Shown: positions 43,554 through 53,779 of the stretch, piece by piece
Layout: the number at the start of each line of letters is the position of its first letter
How positions within the stretch are numbered: the stretch's first letter is position 1
DNA from: Sphacelaria rigidula
Taxonomy: Eukaryota
Assembly: GCA_964200075.2 (NCBI GenBank)
Contig: CAXNAA020000002.1
Location: 1 to 61,849, forward strand
Reading direction: 5' to 3'
DNA length: 61,849 bases
The notes under the pieces: model-generated
Database searches by the model: none
Told to the model about the DNA's origin: nothing
The model's input: the letters and a program-made list of their open reading frames with translations, nothing else
Program-made: the position numbers and the translations under genes

Positions 43554-43740
43554 AGTCACTGTCTGTACGTGACATTGATGCGGGTTTTTTTCTAGATCGT
43601 TTCGAGCTGGAAAGCTTCGTCAAGTTGTTCTAGAAACCTTAAATTGATAACAATGATCGTTCATCAACATGTACGTTGGTAAAACCAACTCAACAAAATT
43701 ACCTTTTTGATTGTTTGGCGTTTCCACACCACCTTCGTCG

Positions 43741-44895
43741 TCAATTTTCCTCAAACTGACGATCACGTATTAGGACACAAATGCGATTGCGAGTCAAGTC
43801 GTAATTCACTTCTACTCGCTCGTGGTTGTTATCGAAGATGGGGCCATCGTGCCTTCGGGGTCGGTCAACCCAACCCGGGTATGATGCAATCAACAGTGGC
43901 CCCAACGATTTGACAGGAATGGTTAAAGGCAAAGGGAATTCATATTCGAAAGTATTTAATGTTGTGAACCTTGCTCCACTAATCATAGCAACCACGTTAT
44001 CCGCACCAAAACCTGTCATGTCCACCGGGCAATGAATGACAAGTTTTCTTCTTTTCCCGAAATCTTGTGCTATTCTTCTAAACGACACAAACGATACGGT
44101 AGCCCCTGTATTATCCCCACCTTCTGGCGCGCGTACATGTATGATTGAACGTAGGTTACTCATACTCTCGTCCAGATTCTCGCTTGGCTGATTGACAGTA
44201 TTGTTAATCGTAACGCTGGTGCGCACGAACACGGCGAGCTTCAAGATTTTCATGTCATCGTCTTTTGCAGTATCCAGGCTGACTTCCGTGCTAAGAGGAA
44301 TATTGTGCGTTTTCATCCAGTCGCGGATTTCACGCACAATCCTCCCGTTGTTGAAGATCCTGTGTGTCAGTCCATATCTTACGTCGAATTTATCTCTCCC
44401 TTGTTCCATGACGGCTGCGACCTTTGCGCAAAATTCCGTGTCCGTTTGTTCACAACAGTTCCAGGCATTCTTAGAAGCGAAGGGGCCGCAGCCGGTACCC
44501 TTGTCCGGGTTGGTTCTGAACGTATTTTCTGTTGGGAGACAAATCACCTCTCTGTTTCGGGGGTTGACGAAAGACATGCCGTCGGTAGGATTAAGATCAG
44601 CAAGATGCGATCTGTCGCGTGCTTCCGGCAGATATTCTGAAATCAGTTTTCCCAGAGCGGGCTCGTCACGAATTGAACGTAAACCTTTGCGTCGCCTCAC
44701 GTTCTGTAGTAGATGATGAACTTTTTCAGGACTTACATGCTGCCTTAGAGTATTTATCGCTTGCGTTTTTCTTCTCCACTTGATCGTTTCCACGAGTTCT
44801 TGGAGTTGTTGTAGTTTATCGCTGTCTGAGACATCTTCTCGTTGCAGTAAGTTCTCAATCTCTTGTACGTCACTACTTTCCATGCTCTTTTCCAT
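43741..44895 (-). CDS. Hypothetical viral protein
   Basis: ~384-aa ORF from MEKSME. Confidence 0.65.
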   Translation of the reverse strand: MEKSMESSDVQEIENLLQREDVSDSDKLQQLQELVETIKWRRKTQAINTLRQHVSPEKVHHLLQNVRRRKGLRSIRDEPALGKLISEYLPEARDRSHLADLNPTDGMSFVNPRNREVICLPTENTFRTNPDKGTGCGPFASKNAWNCCEQTDTEFCAKVAAVMEQGRDKFDVRYGLTHRIFNNGRIVREIRDWMKTHNIPLSTEVSLDTAKDDDMKILKLAVFVRTSVTINNTVNQPSENLDESMSNLRSIIHVRAPEGGDNTGATVSFVSFRRIAQDFGKRRKLVIHCPVDMTGFGADNVVAMISGARFTTLNTFEYEFPLPLTIPVKSLGPLLIASYPGWVDRPRRHDGPIFDNNHERVEVNYDLTRNRICVLIRDRQFEEN

Positions 44896-44944
44896 GCTAA
44901 ACCTTTTAAATCTACAAACTTTCTTTTCAAGAAACCGACATTTG

Positions 44945-45227
44945 TCATCTCTGAAATGGAAATGTTTGCTGCCGATGCTTCTCTTGCGTTTCTTCCACCA
45001 CAACAACATTCTCTTCCAAATCTTCGTTGAGCTTGGTGATGTTCGCCTTTAACTTTTTGTAGTACGTCACCCGCTTCCTCGCTTGTGCGTGAAACACGGA
45101 AGCGTCGTCCACGAAATCGATGACCCGTGGCACCTGCTTCGACGGATGGTATCTTAGGATTCTCCCACAGCACTGAACAATGTCGTTGCGCGGTATCGCG
45201 AGGACGCACGTGTCGAGAGACGGGATG
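44945..45227 (-). pseudogene. Superfamily II helicase (A18-like) C-terminal remnant
   Basis: IPSLDTCVLAIPRNDIVQCCGRILR (motif VI)..VIDFVD..QARKRVTYY. Confidence 0.8.
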
Positions 45228-45344
45228 TGCGATGATCGTTGACGCTTCGGAAGCGGTGACACGTTTCTTGCGGTATTCATACCACTCGGGCGTTCTCTGC
45301 GCAATTTTTGGATAGTCAATTATTCTTTTTATGGCGGGGTGCAT
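45228..45344 (-). pseudogene. YqaJ/lambda-type exonuclease N-terminal remnant
   Basis: QRTPEWYEYRKKRVTASEASTII. Confidence 0.85.
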
Positions 45345-45447
45345 CTTTGCTTGGCTAAAACGTTTCAACATATGTTTCCGAGCGCGGTAGACGAGTCAGA
45401 TAAATAATATTAAATGGGTGCATCTACTGTTTGCACCACACCACGCC

Positions 45448-46026
45448 ATGTCAAGAGGAATGATGCCGTCCACGAACAATCCGGTGCCGGCACCCGTGAG
45501 GCTAGCGCCAATAATAAGAGCTCCTGAGAGAGAAGCAAACAGCACGCACAGGCGTGTTCAACATAAACAGCCTTCTGTCAAACAGGAGCCTGTGTTCACC
45601 GTGTACGTCAACTCTGCCGAGTGCAAGCACTCGGCCGATCTGATGCGAGAGATAAGAGACGTCCACAACGTCCCGTGCACCGTGATCGACGTCGCTGACG
45701 GTGTTAACATCCCCACGTGGCTGCGGGGAACGCCAAGCATTGTCGTTGGTACAGAGGTGTATTGCGGAGACACAGCCTTCGACTTCGTAGCATCGGTCGG
45801 CGCGGACCACGGACAGCAACCCTCGCCCGATTCTCAATCTGATCAGACATCGTCGTTTCAAAATATAGTTTCGGGCGAGAGTTCAAAGAACAGGAACGAT
45901 GGCATAGGGTGCGGGCTGTCTACGGCGTTCTCGCCTCCTGTCCGCATATCAGATGAAGAGGCGGAGAAGAAATATTCGGTTTCCGTGGACGATGTTATGA
46001 CAAGGCTCATGCAATCTCGCGGATAG
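45448..46026 (+). CDS. Thioredoxin-like fold viral protein
   Basis: VYVNSAECKHS (CxxS)..IDV...IPTWLRGTPSIV...Y.G..AF. Confidence 0.6.
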   Translation: MSRGMMPSTNNPVPAPVRLAPIIRAPEREANSTHRRVQHKQPSVKQEPVFTVYVNSAECKHSADLMREIRDVHNVPCTVIDVADGVNIPTWLRGTPSIVVGTEVYCGDTAFDFVASVGADHGQQPSPDSQSDQTSSFQNIVSGESSKNRNDGIGCGLSTAFSPPVRISDEEAEKKYSVSVDDVMTRLMQSRG

Positions 46027-46093
46027 TGCGAGCGCGTCTCTGCTTGCAAACTAATAATGTTGCTTCAGAATACAATCATTACATTCCTTTCTC

Positions 46094-47518
46094 ATGAACT
46101 ACGCAGACGCCGACATTCCAGACTTTTCGTCCGTACTTTCGCAAGGCGGTCAGTCGAACGACGACATACCTAATATTAACATGGAACAGAATGATCCTGC
46201 CGAGCGCGACCTCGAAGAAGAATCACTCGATGAGTCGAGCCAGGATGAAGCGGCATCTGACGACGACTCTGGGTCGGACTCCGACGCATCAGAGGTTGAC
46301 TCCGTGCACGAATCTGCATCAGAAAGCGATGATGATGAACCTCAGAGCGATGACGATGAATCTCAGAGTGACGATGATGACTCGGTCAGCGAGGAGTATG
46401 AATCCGACAGCGAATATGACAGCGATGGTGCACAATCCACTGAGTCATACGAGTCGCTACAAGCGTCTAAAACGATTCGGTTCGGTGTGGGCGATGAGAG
46501 CGATGGTGGTGGTGTGGCGCATGTTTACGAGGACGACGGGCAATTCCAAGATGATGTCGAGGATGAAGACGACGAAGAAGTACATTACGAAGATACCGAT
46601 CTTGGCGGTGAGGATGTGGCAACGGCGTCGCTGATCGCTGCATCTCTTGTCGCAGGAGGTGGTGCTGTACGATCTGGAACTGGATGGACGTGGATGAGTG
46701 TGTTCATTGTGCTTTCTGCTGCAGGTGGACTTGGTCTCGTTCTTCTCTACGCAATCAAGAGAATCAATGATCTGACTCGTCTAGTGAAAAGTCTAGAGGA
46801 GGACAGTCACATGGCAATCAACGAGAGAGATGTTCAGGTCATCACAAAACACAGGTCATAGGTGACATGCTCCAGGATTCCGAAGAGCCCGATGGCACGG
46901 ACACCGAGAGCTCTCGTGTTGGAAAAGGAGACACTGTTCAAACTGAGTTTGACAACTTCGCTGTCGATTATGAAAAAGAAACGATTGAAAACGCACAAAC
47001 GATATCGGATCTGCTTCAAGATGAAGATCCTGGTGACGACGAGAAGGCAGAAATCATTGCCAAACAAAAGATGGATGTCGGTACAACCGATGGTATTGAA
47101 GGTCTGGGCGGAGAGACCCTCGTGCACGTCGCCAATGAAACCAGTGTGGACGAGTTTGTTGTACAAGATGTTAGAGAAAAGGAAGAGAAAAAAGTACGGG
47201 AAATCTCGCGAAGAAGCTTTCATTACTGTCGAGGAGAAAGAAGAAAAGGTTGACGACGATACTTCCGCCATCACAGAGGAGCACCGGGTTGAGGCATCGT
47301 CCAATGATGTCGTATCGAAGGACCAGCCAAAGCCGTCGCCCGCAGACGTCGTGGAAGAGGACAATTCGGAGCCGTCGCCTGCACAAGTCGTAGAGAAAGA
47401 GCCAAAGCCGTCCTCCATTGACGACCTTGCCACTATGGTTGAAACGATGTCGTTGTCAGACGATCGCGTCATGACAAGAGAGTCGTCGCGTCTGATTACG
47501 GCCGCAAAACGAAGTTAG
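46094..47518 (+). pseudogene. Acidic low-complexity membrane protein, two frameshifts
   Basis: D/E/S-rich frames join at ~46848 and ~47203; one TM helix. Confidence 0.65.
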
Positions 47519-47547
47519 AGTTTGTTTACAAATTCAAAAAGTTTGGT

Positions 47548-47793
47548 TTAGATGCAACGATCTCGACTTGTTGTTGTCATGGACATGACGAAGGCACAAA
47601 AATGATTGAACCTGCATTTGTCTAACATAACGATTCCTCTCTTTTCGATATTGTCTTTGACGATGTGCCATACGTCGAGCAGGTCATCCTCGTATTCCGA
47701 ATACCACTCCTCATCAGAGTTGCGAAAATTGTTACCACTCACGCTTGGTTTAACCGGTGGTGGTGATTTGGGTAAACAAGATTTTGGTTCCAT
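47548..47793 (-). CDS. Hypothetical small viral protein
   Basis: EEWY..YEDDLLDVW..LDKC.F..FC.F motif. Confidence 0.6.
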   Translation of the reverse strand: MEPKSCLPKSPPPVKPSVSGNNFRNSDEEWYSEYEDDLLDVWHIVKDNIEKRGIVMLDKCRFNHFCAFVMSMTTTSRDRCI

Positions 47794-47841
47794 CTTTTCC
47801 CGACATAATATGATGTCTCAATATTAAAAAAACTGGCAATT

Positions 47842-48315
47842 CTACGAATAATTCTGAATGAATGAACTGATCTGCGCACTTGCACGAGCGGCCAGTTCCG
47901 CGGCGGACTCTCCCGTTTGCTTACTACTCATGTCTCTGTTGGACGACTGTGCGATACTTCTTCTCAGTTTGGCCGCGGCCGCGGACACTCGGTCCTGGAA
48001 CCTGGACAGCTCTGCGGGAGACATCTCGGACGACGAACGATACTGCGATGAAGACGACGATCTGCCAGATGTCGCGTAACGCGTGTACTGATGATAAACT
48101 TGTGCGAGGACGCCCATAGAGAGGATTGATCCACCCAAAGCCAAGAGAGTCTTTTTCTTGTTGATATTGGTGGCCCGAGTCTCACCACCGCTGTCGTTGT
48201 CAACCGGGCCGGTGTCGATAGCCGAGGCGGATAGCAAAAGTACTACGCCGGTGATGATGGCAACGGCGCCGACGCCGGCGACCTTGTTTTCAGTCAATAG
48301 CCTCGGGCCAAGCAT
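47842..48315 (-). CDS. Hypothetical protein with two transmembrane helices
   Basis: 157-aa ORF. Confidence 0.65.
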   Translation of the reverse strand: MLGPRLLTENKVAGVGAVAIITGVVLLLSASAIDTGPVDNDSGGETRATNINKKKTLLALGGSILSMGVLAQVYHQYTRYATSGRSSSSSQYRSSSEMSPAELSRFQDRVSAAAAKLRRSIAQSSNRDMSSKQTGESAAELAARASAQISSFIQNYS

Positions 48316-48431
48316 CGTTTGTGTGTATGCATGTAGCGATACAAAAAAAAGTGGGTAAAGCGCGATTTAATCGACATAATTATTTTGTTGTGGCATTGTA
48401 ACAACGATCGAACTCAAGAGAAAAATACAAC

Positions 48432-48843
48432 ATGGATTTCAACGCCAACGATAACGACGAAGAATTTGTCGGAAATGTCAACGTTTTCTTAAAGGTCGAC
48501 GACGAACTCAGAGGTGTCTCTAAAGAAATCAAAGACCTCAAATGCAAGGTCGTCACTGGAAGGAAGAATTGCTCGACACATGCACGACAACGGAATTCCA
48601 GAAACTATTTCACCTTCCGGAAAGATCAAGGTTTACAGTAGCAAAACCAGTTCTCCGATAAACAAAGCCTTGATTGAAGAGGCTGCAACGGAACTTTTTG
48701 ATGAAGATCAGGCCGCGCGTCTCGTAAAGCACATCGAAGAGAAAAGGGGGGTCACCGAAAAAATAAAACTCAAACGAGTCGCCGCGCCGTCGAAGAAAGC
48801 GGTGCCGAACAAGAAGAAAAAGTCTGGTAAAACACCCGTCTAG
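48432..48843 (+). pseudogene. Conserved NCLDV coiled-coil protein (DUF5760-like), frameshifted
   Basis: VNVFLKVDDELR..SKEIKDLK / LEGRI..HM..NGI....GKIK...SKT..PINK; shift ~48541. Confidence 0.65.
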
Positions 48844-50301
48844 GAGGGGGAAGCCCTCTTCTTTGGGGCAGAAGCCCTCTTTTTTTTGGACTCGGTGCTC
48901 CTGGCATTCTTCGGTCTGGATCCGTTTGACTTTGATGTCCCGGAGCTTCTGTACGCCGGTGCTGCTCCGGGGTACGCCATGTTGAAGTTCGGCCCGGGGC
49001 CCTGTGGCATCTGCTGCATCGATGGGTGGTACGACGGCGGCTGCGCCGGCCTCGAGTCTACACCGGGCATGTGCCTCACTCCCGCCCACTGGTTGGGTTG
49101 CTGCATAGGCTGTGCCTGGTGTTGAACCATCTGCGGACCTCCTGCCGACAGGGCCGGAATCTAGCCACTCTGCACCCAGTGAGCGTTTTCGTTCTGGTCG
49201 CGCTTCGCCTGGTACAGGTTGGTGCGCCCTTCGTTGTGGCGAGGGTTACCTGGCTGGAACTCGTCGTTCTCCCCGAGACACATGGCGGGGTTCATGGCCG
49301 GCGTGGGTCCCTGGTGGTTCCACTCGTCGCCGAACGGCTGGCATCCCGACTGGGCCTGCATGTTTGTCATGACCTCCTTGAGCTCCTGTAGTTTGACAAG
49401 TGAGATTATTTCGGCGCTTCCATTAGCCGGCGTAGTTGTGTGGTCGTTGCCCTTCTTGACCAATTCTTCGAGGTACTTGACGGGCTCCAGACGGAGAAGC
49501 TGTTCGCAAGAGAGCCCACCAGGTGTAACATCTAGATTCTTGTTGTTCGGAGTCTGGTCAACACGTTCGATCGCATTATCAACGTTGGTGTCGTCGAGGA
49601 GTTTATGGTAGGTCACGATAGCATCATTGTACTTGTGGTACATGGGGTCCGTGATCGCCGTCAGCGGGTCGGGCATGCTCTCGAACATGAGGTTCTCGAT
49701 CAGCGGGATACCGGCGGAGAACTGTAGGTCGGTGAGATTTTTGACGAGCGTCGAGACACACGAAGACACCGACTCGATCTTCTCCCGAAGAATTTTGTTT
49801 TCCGTCACGCACTTCACCGCAAGCTTGGTCTGAAGGGCCTCGGCGGGGATCATGCTCAGGTACATGGTGGGGTACGACTCGACGTACTTCGAGTACATGT
49901 CACGCATCTTTTCGTCGGGGATAAGTCGGGTGATTTCGGCCGTCACTCGGTTGAACTCTTTGACCAGCTCCTCGATCTGCTCTTTGCTGAATCCGTATTT
50001 TCGGTTGAACTTCTTGATGTATCTTTCGTAATACTCTTCGGCAACCTTGCGCATCTGCTTGTGCTCGTCAATTTTGAGTGCAGCGGGAAGGATGCCGGCC
50101 ATCATGCCCATTCCTTGAGGGAGAACTCCGCCGCCGAAAGCAAGGGCGCCGTTGAGAGCGGCTTGCGTGTTCAGAGTTTTTGAATCGAAAGAAAAGGATC
50201 CACCGGGATTGCGGTTGTCGTGGGTGTATACCCCTTTGGTAAACCCGCCACTTCCTGTCACCCATGGTTGAGCCCATGCTGTCCATCGCACTTCGTGCCA
50301 T
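48840..50301 (-). pseudogene. Hypothetical viral protein with Q/P/M-rich and basic C-terminus; one frameshift and one stop
   Basis: ATG 50301, shift ~50260, TAG at 49161 in frame with 48840-49130. Confidence 0.65.
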
Positions 50302-50380
50302 CTTGTTTGTCAGTATAGATTTTCTAACTTCACGCAATATTTCATTTCTGGAAAATTCACGCAATGATAATCATCACAAC

Positions 50381-51265
50381 CTACTTCGAAGTATCTTTCT
50401 TGAAAGACGCGATAAACTTGCCGTCTTCGGTGTGAACGGACCATTTGCCGGAACCGATGTAAGAGACGGCGGTCACCCCAATCGAAGCCAGATCAAAGCC
50501 GGGACCAGCGGGACCAGCGGGACCCGTTTCACCCTTTTGTCCGTCCTTTCCACCTGGACCGCGTGGACCCTCTGGGCCAACAGCGCCGGCTGGGCCTGGG
50601 ATACCCTTTTCGCCAAGCGGACCAGCTGGACCCGGTGCACCTTTGATTGAAATGCCGTCCTTTCCTTTCGGTCCTGCCACACCTGCGGGACCGCGTGGCC
50701 CAGATTTTCCATCCTTGCCATCCTTTCCGGCCTTGCCGATGGCACCCGCGGGACCGGAGGAGCCAACGAGGCCTCGTGCACCGACGGTGCCTTTCAGTCC
50801 TTGTGGACCGGCTGGACCGGGGGGGCCCTTGGGACCCCTGGGACCGTGAGTACCAGTGACCAATTTACTGTCTGCAGAGGATGGTGCACCGGCGGGACCA
50901 GCGGGACCAGCGGGACCAGCGCGACCCGGAGGACCGGCGGGTCCGACCGGCCCGCGTGCACCGAGTGTGGCAGAGGAGTTGTTTGAAGTGGTTCCGCCGA
51001 TGATGCTCTTGAGTTCACTCTTGGTGATCTGTACAGGAGCCTTCGTTTCACCCGTAGCACGAACAACGAGCTCCGCCTTCGCGCGGTCGGCCGACGTCTT
51101 GTTGAAGATCGAGCGTACGTTTGTTGACGGGGAAGGTACCGACGAAGGAGCAGAAGCCGTGGAACCCGTGGATTTCTTTTTTTCTTCCTGTTGACGGTGG
51201 GCGCGCACGGCGCGAACATCCATTCTGGGGGATCGACCACGAGAGTTTTTTCTTGCAGAAAACAT
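50381..51265 (-). CDS. Collagen-like (Gly-X-Y) protein
   Basis: Long uninterrupted G-X-Y tracts. Confidence 0.92.
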   Translation of the reverse strand: MFSARKNSRGRSPRMDVRAVRAHRQQEEKKKSTGSTASAPSSVPSPSTNVRSIFNKTSADRAKAELVVRATGETKAPVQITKSELKSIIGGTTSNNSSATLGARGPVGPAGPPGRAGPAGPAGPAGAPSSADSKLVTGTHGPRGPKGPPGPAGPQGLKGTVGARGLVGSSGPAGAIGKAGKDGKDGKSGPRGPAGVAGPKGKDGISIKGAPGPAGPLGEKGIPGPAGAVGPEGPRGPGGKDGQKGETGPAGPAGPGFDLASIGVTAVSYIGSGKWSVHTEDGKFIASFKKDTSK

Positions 51266-51374
51266 GGTTCAGGTTTTCGTAAGACACTAGATGTGTGATT
51301 AATTATTGAATTACATTTTATATTTCGAAAAATCTATCAACGACGAACCGTTGTTTGTTCAAAAAAAATAGCGT

Positions 51375-53027
51375 TCACTGCATAATGTCCATCTTTGTCT
51401 GCCAAGTGGTCTGCGTCCCTTCGTCGTCGTGCTCAAAGTACAAGTGGTCGTGTGTTCCATCGTTTTCCATACGGATCCTCCACTGCTTGGAAGCACCAAG
51501 GTGGATGACACCGGTGTCGCTGTTGACATCGAGACCAGTAGAGCTGAGTTCGGTGACGTTTCCGCCGACAGTCAACTTCTTGTTCGCAGGCACATTCATC
51601 GTGATGGAAGATTCCCACCTCGTGTCCACGAGGCTGTACAGTACCGACGGCACCACGATTCCTGTCACGTCGGTACCGAGAGTGAACCCACCCTGGTCGA
51701 GCTCCGCGTGAGTCGTTGCGTTGTAGGCGAGGTCGATCTCTTTGTCCTCGACGCGCACCTCGGTGGAGTTGACGGTGGTGGTCGTGCCGTTCACGAAGAA
51801 GTCTCCGGTGACCGTCAGGTTGTCGGTGACGGTCGTCGCGACGTTGACGGTCGCCGCGGACTCGGTGAGAGTCATGGCCGTCGTGGGTGTTCCGGTCAGG
51901 TCTCCGAGAACGAAGTCGATCTGCGGGTCGGTCGCACTCGACGTTAGAGCGATGGTCGCCTGCTCGGCCAGTGTGTCGCTCGACGTGATGTCGGAGACGT
52001 TCAGCAAGTCGTTGCCGGTGACATCGAGTTTGCCGCCGACTGCGACGTCTCCAGTGAACGAAGAAGTACCGGACACCTCGAAGCGGTGAGTTCCCGAAGG
52101 GGCGGCACCGATGCCGACGTTGACGTTGCTGAAGGTGGCGCTCTGGTCTCCAAGACCTCCCGCAAACTTGAGACGGTCGAGGTAGGTGTTGTTTCGACCG
52201 TTAGTCGTTTGGAAAACAAGAGAGTCAGACGCGCCTCCCTGATCCGCCAGAGAAGTTCGCAGAGCCAGAGAGTTGGCCGTGTTATCGAAAGACATGGTGC
52301 TCAGGTTAGTCAGGCCGGTCGAGTCGTACATGTAGAAGTTGTTGCCTCTGTCGACGATGGAACCATTGACGTCCAAAGCCACAGGAGTGGTGTGCGCGTT
52401 CAGCACGTTGACGTGGACGAGAGGGTAGTCGGCGTTCAATTCCACAGTCGTGCCGTCGATATGCCAAGCGTTTCCGTTGGTGATCGTCTGCAGGATGTCC
52501 GTGCCATCCACGTTCAAAACACCGGTCACGTCCGTGGCAAACTCGGACATCTCTAGCCTGGTGTTCAGGTCTGTCCCGTTGGCCAGGTCGCCGACAGCGA
52601 GGTTGATCACGGGGGTGACACCGGTGCCGCCCACGATCTCGATTTCGGATCGTTTGGCGTCTGCGTCCTGATAGATTTTAGGGGCCTCAATCAGACCGTC
52701 GGTCTTTACCAAGGAAGTTTCCAGGTTGATGGAGGACGACGTGAGCGTGGAAGCAGCGTTGCTCAACTCGAGGACATTGGTCACGGCAGCGCCGTCGTTC
52801 ACACCGACGGCATAAGTGCCGACTGAGTCATCCGCGGCACCTTCGCTTACAACCACTGTTGCGAGGGAAGCCTCGGTGTCGTCAGCCGAAGGGGTGCCAT
52901 AGAAACTCTGAGTCAGGGAAGCCGCGGTCAGCCCGTCTCCTTTAACAGTCTGGAAGAGGTTTCGGGAGAACACATCTCGACCCCTCATGTTACCATACTG
53001 CGCCAAGTCAATGATTTCGGTCGACAT
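51375..53027 (-). CDS. Beta-rich virion fibre/adhesin-like protein
   Basis: T/D/G-rich; NVGIG..P...FEVSG and NLTVTGDFFVNGTTTTVNSTEVRVEDK fibre-like repeats; 550 aa intact. Confidence 0.7.
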   Translation of the reverse strand: MSTEIIDLAQYGNMRGRDVFSRNLFQTVKGDGLTAASLTQSFYGTPSADDTEASLATVVVSEGAADDSVGTYAVGVNDGAAVTNVLELSNAASTLTSSSINLETSLVKTDGLIEAPKIYQDADAKRSEIEIVGGTGVTPVINLAVGDLANGTDLNTRLEMSEFATDVTGVLNVDGTDILQTITNGNAWHIDGTTVELNADYPLVHVNVLNAHTTPVALDVNGSIVDRGNNFYMYDSTGLTNLSTMSFDNTANSLALRTSLADQGGASDSLVFQTTNGRNNTYLDRLKFAGGLGDQSATFSNVNVGIGAAPSGTHRFEVSGTSSFTGDVAVGGKLDVTGNDLLNVSDITSSDTLAEQATIALTSSATDPQIDFVLGDLTGTPTTAMTLTESAATVNVATTVTDNLTVTGDFFVNGTTTTVNSTEVRVEDKEIDLAYNATTHAELDQGGFTLGTDVTGIVVPSVLYSLVDTRWESSITMNVPANKKLTVGGNVTELSSTGLDVNSDTGVIHLGASKQWRIRMENDGTHDHLYFEHDDEGTQTTWQTKMDIMQ

Positions 53028-53132
53028 GATATTTATCGAAGACAACCTTTGCGGTGTTAGTATCTCGCAACATTTTTATTTTCCAAATTGGTACAATTTC
53101 ATTTCAATTTTTGGTTGAGCACGCCAATCGTC

Positions 53133-53580
53133 TCAGCGCGGGCCACATGGTAACATAATTTTTCTGTTTAACGCGGCTATGTAGTCAGATATGCTTCTTT
53201 CAATTCCAAATTCACTGGACTTCTCGGGCAACCTCTCTTTCTTCTTTTTTGTTATTCTGTGCATCATTGACACGGACCTCGAAAGCGTCATTCGTGACGA
53301 CGGTGTCGCTAATGTGTCGATTGTAACGTGTGTGCAACGCGGATTGGTTACCATCTTGCCCGTTATCGTCGACGCTCTCTCTGTGCTCTCGAACGTGATG
53401 GATATATACTCGTCGATGCATGAGCTGCATTCATTCCAGTATACACGAGACGCGACAACGTTGTCCGAAAAACCTACAAAGTCTGCGTGCACTGCATCAT
53501 GGAGAGAAAAACAATTGATTGGGTCGCGAAGACTCTATGGAGGCTGCTGGAGACTACTACGCCACGATAGTCACATGCTG
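53133..53580 (-). pseudogene. Last viral gene, decayed and truncated at the provirus edge
   Basis: 119-aa ORF whose frame extends upstream through stops to the junction. Confidence 0.4.
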
Positions 53581-53629
53581 ATGTGCCAGTGTTTGTAGGA
53601 GTGACACTTTTCATTTTTGCGATATGCAG

Positions 53630-53701
53630 GCGAAATTCCGGCGTCGCTAGGACAGCTTGACAACCTACAGGAGACCAACCTGTCCTGGAATCAGCTCAGC
53701 G
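53630..53701 (+). pseudogene. Single 72-bp leucine-rich-repeat exon (brown-algal ROCO/LRR type)
   Basis: pyrimidine tract..tgcag|(G)EIPASLGQLDNLQETNLSWNQLS|gtgagt; exactly 24 codons, phase 1-1. Confidence 0.85.
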
Positions 53702-53779
53702 GTGAGTATCTCTCAGCGCCTGCCGTCGAATATTAATCTTTCGTGTAGCTGATTCCATGGAAAAGTCCCGCGTAGGGGG

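Larger units (their letters stand above)
1950..53600. mobile_element. Endogenous giant-virus element (phaeovirus/EsV-1-like provirus fragment), decaying
   Basis: Dense intronless ORFs on both strands with short AT-rich spacers. Encodes PolB, VLTF2, VLTF3, A22 resolvase, RFC, SSB and a hybrid His kinase. Flanked by TE-rich, intron-containing host DNA. Boundaries approximate. Confidence 0.93.

Noticed and set aside
10764-49163. Stop-codon reassignment or systematic readthrough
   Set aside because: Internal stops are a mix of TAA, TAG and TGA replacing different residues and co-occur with frameshifts; all three also end intact genes
25974-49163. Methylation- or RIP-driven C-to-T mutagenesis
   Set aside because: Some stops fit C-to-T, others are transversions (AAG to TAG, TGY to TGA), and CpG remains abundant; cannot be supported without alignment
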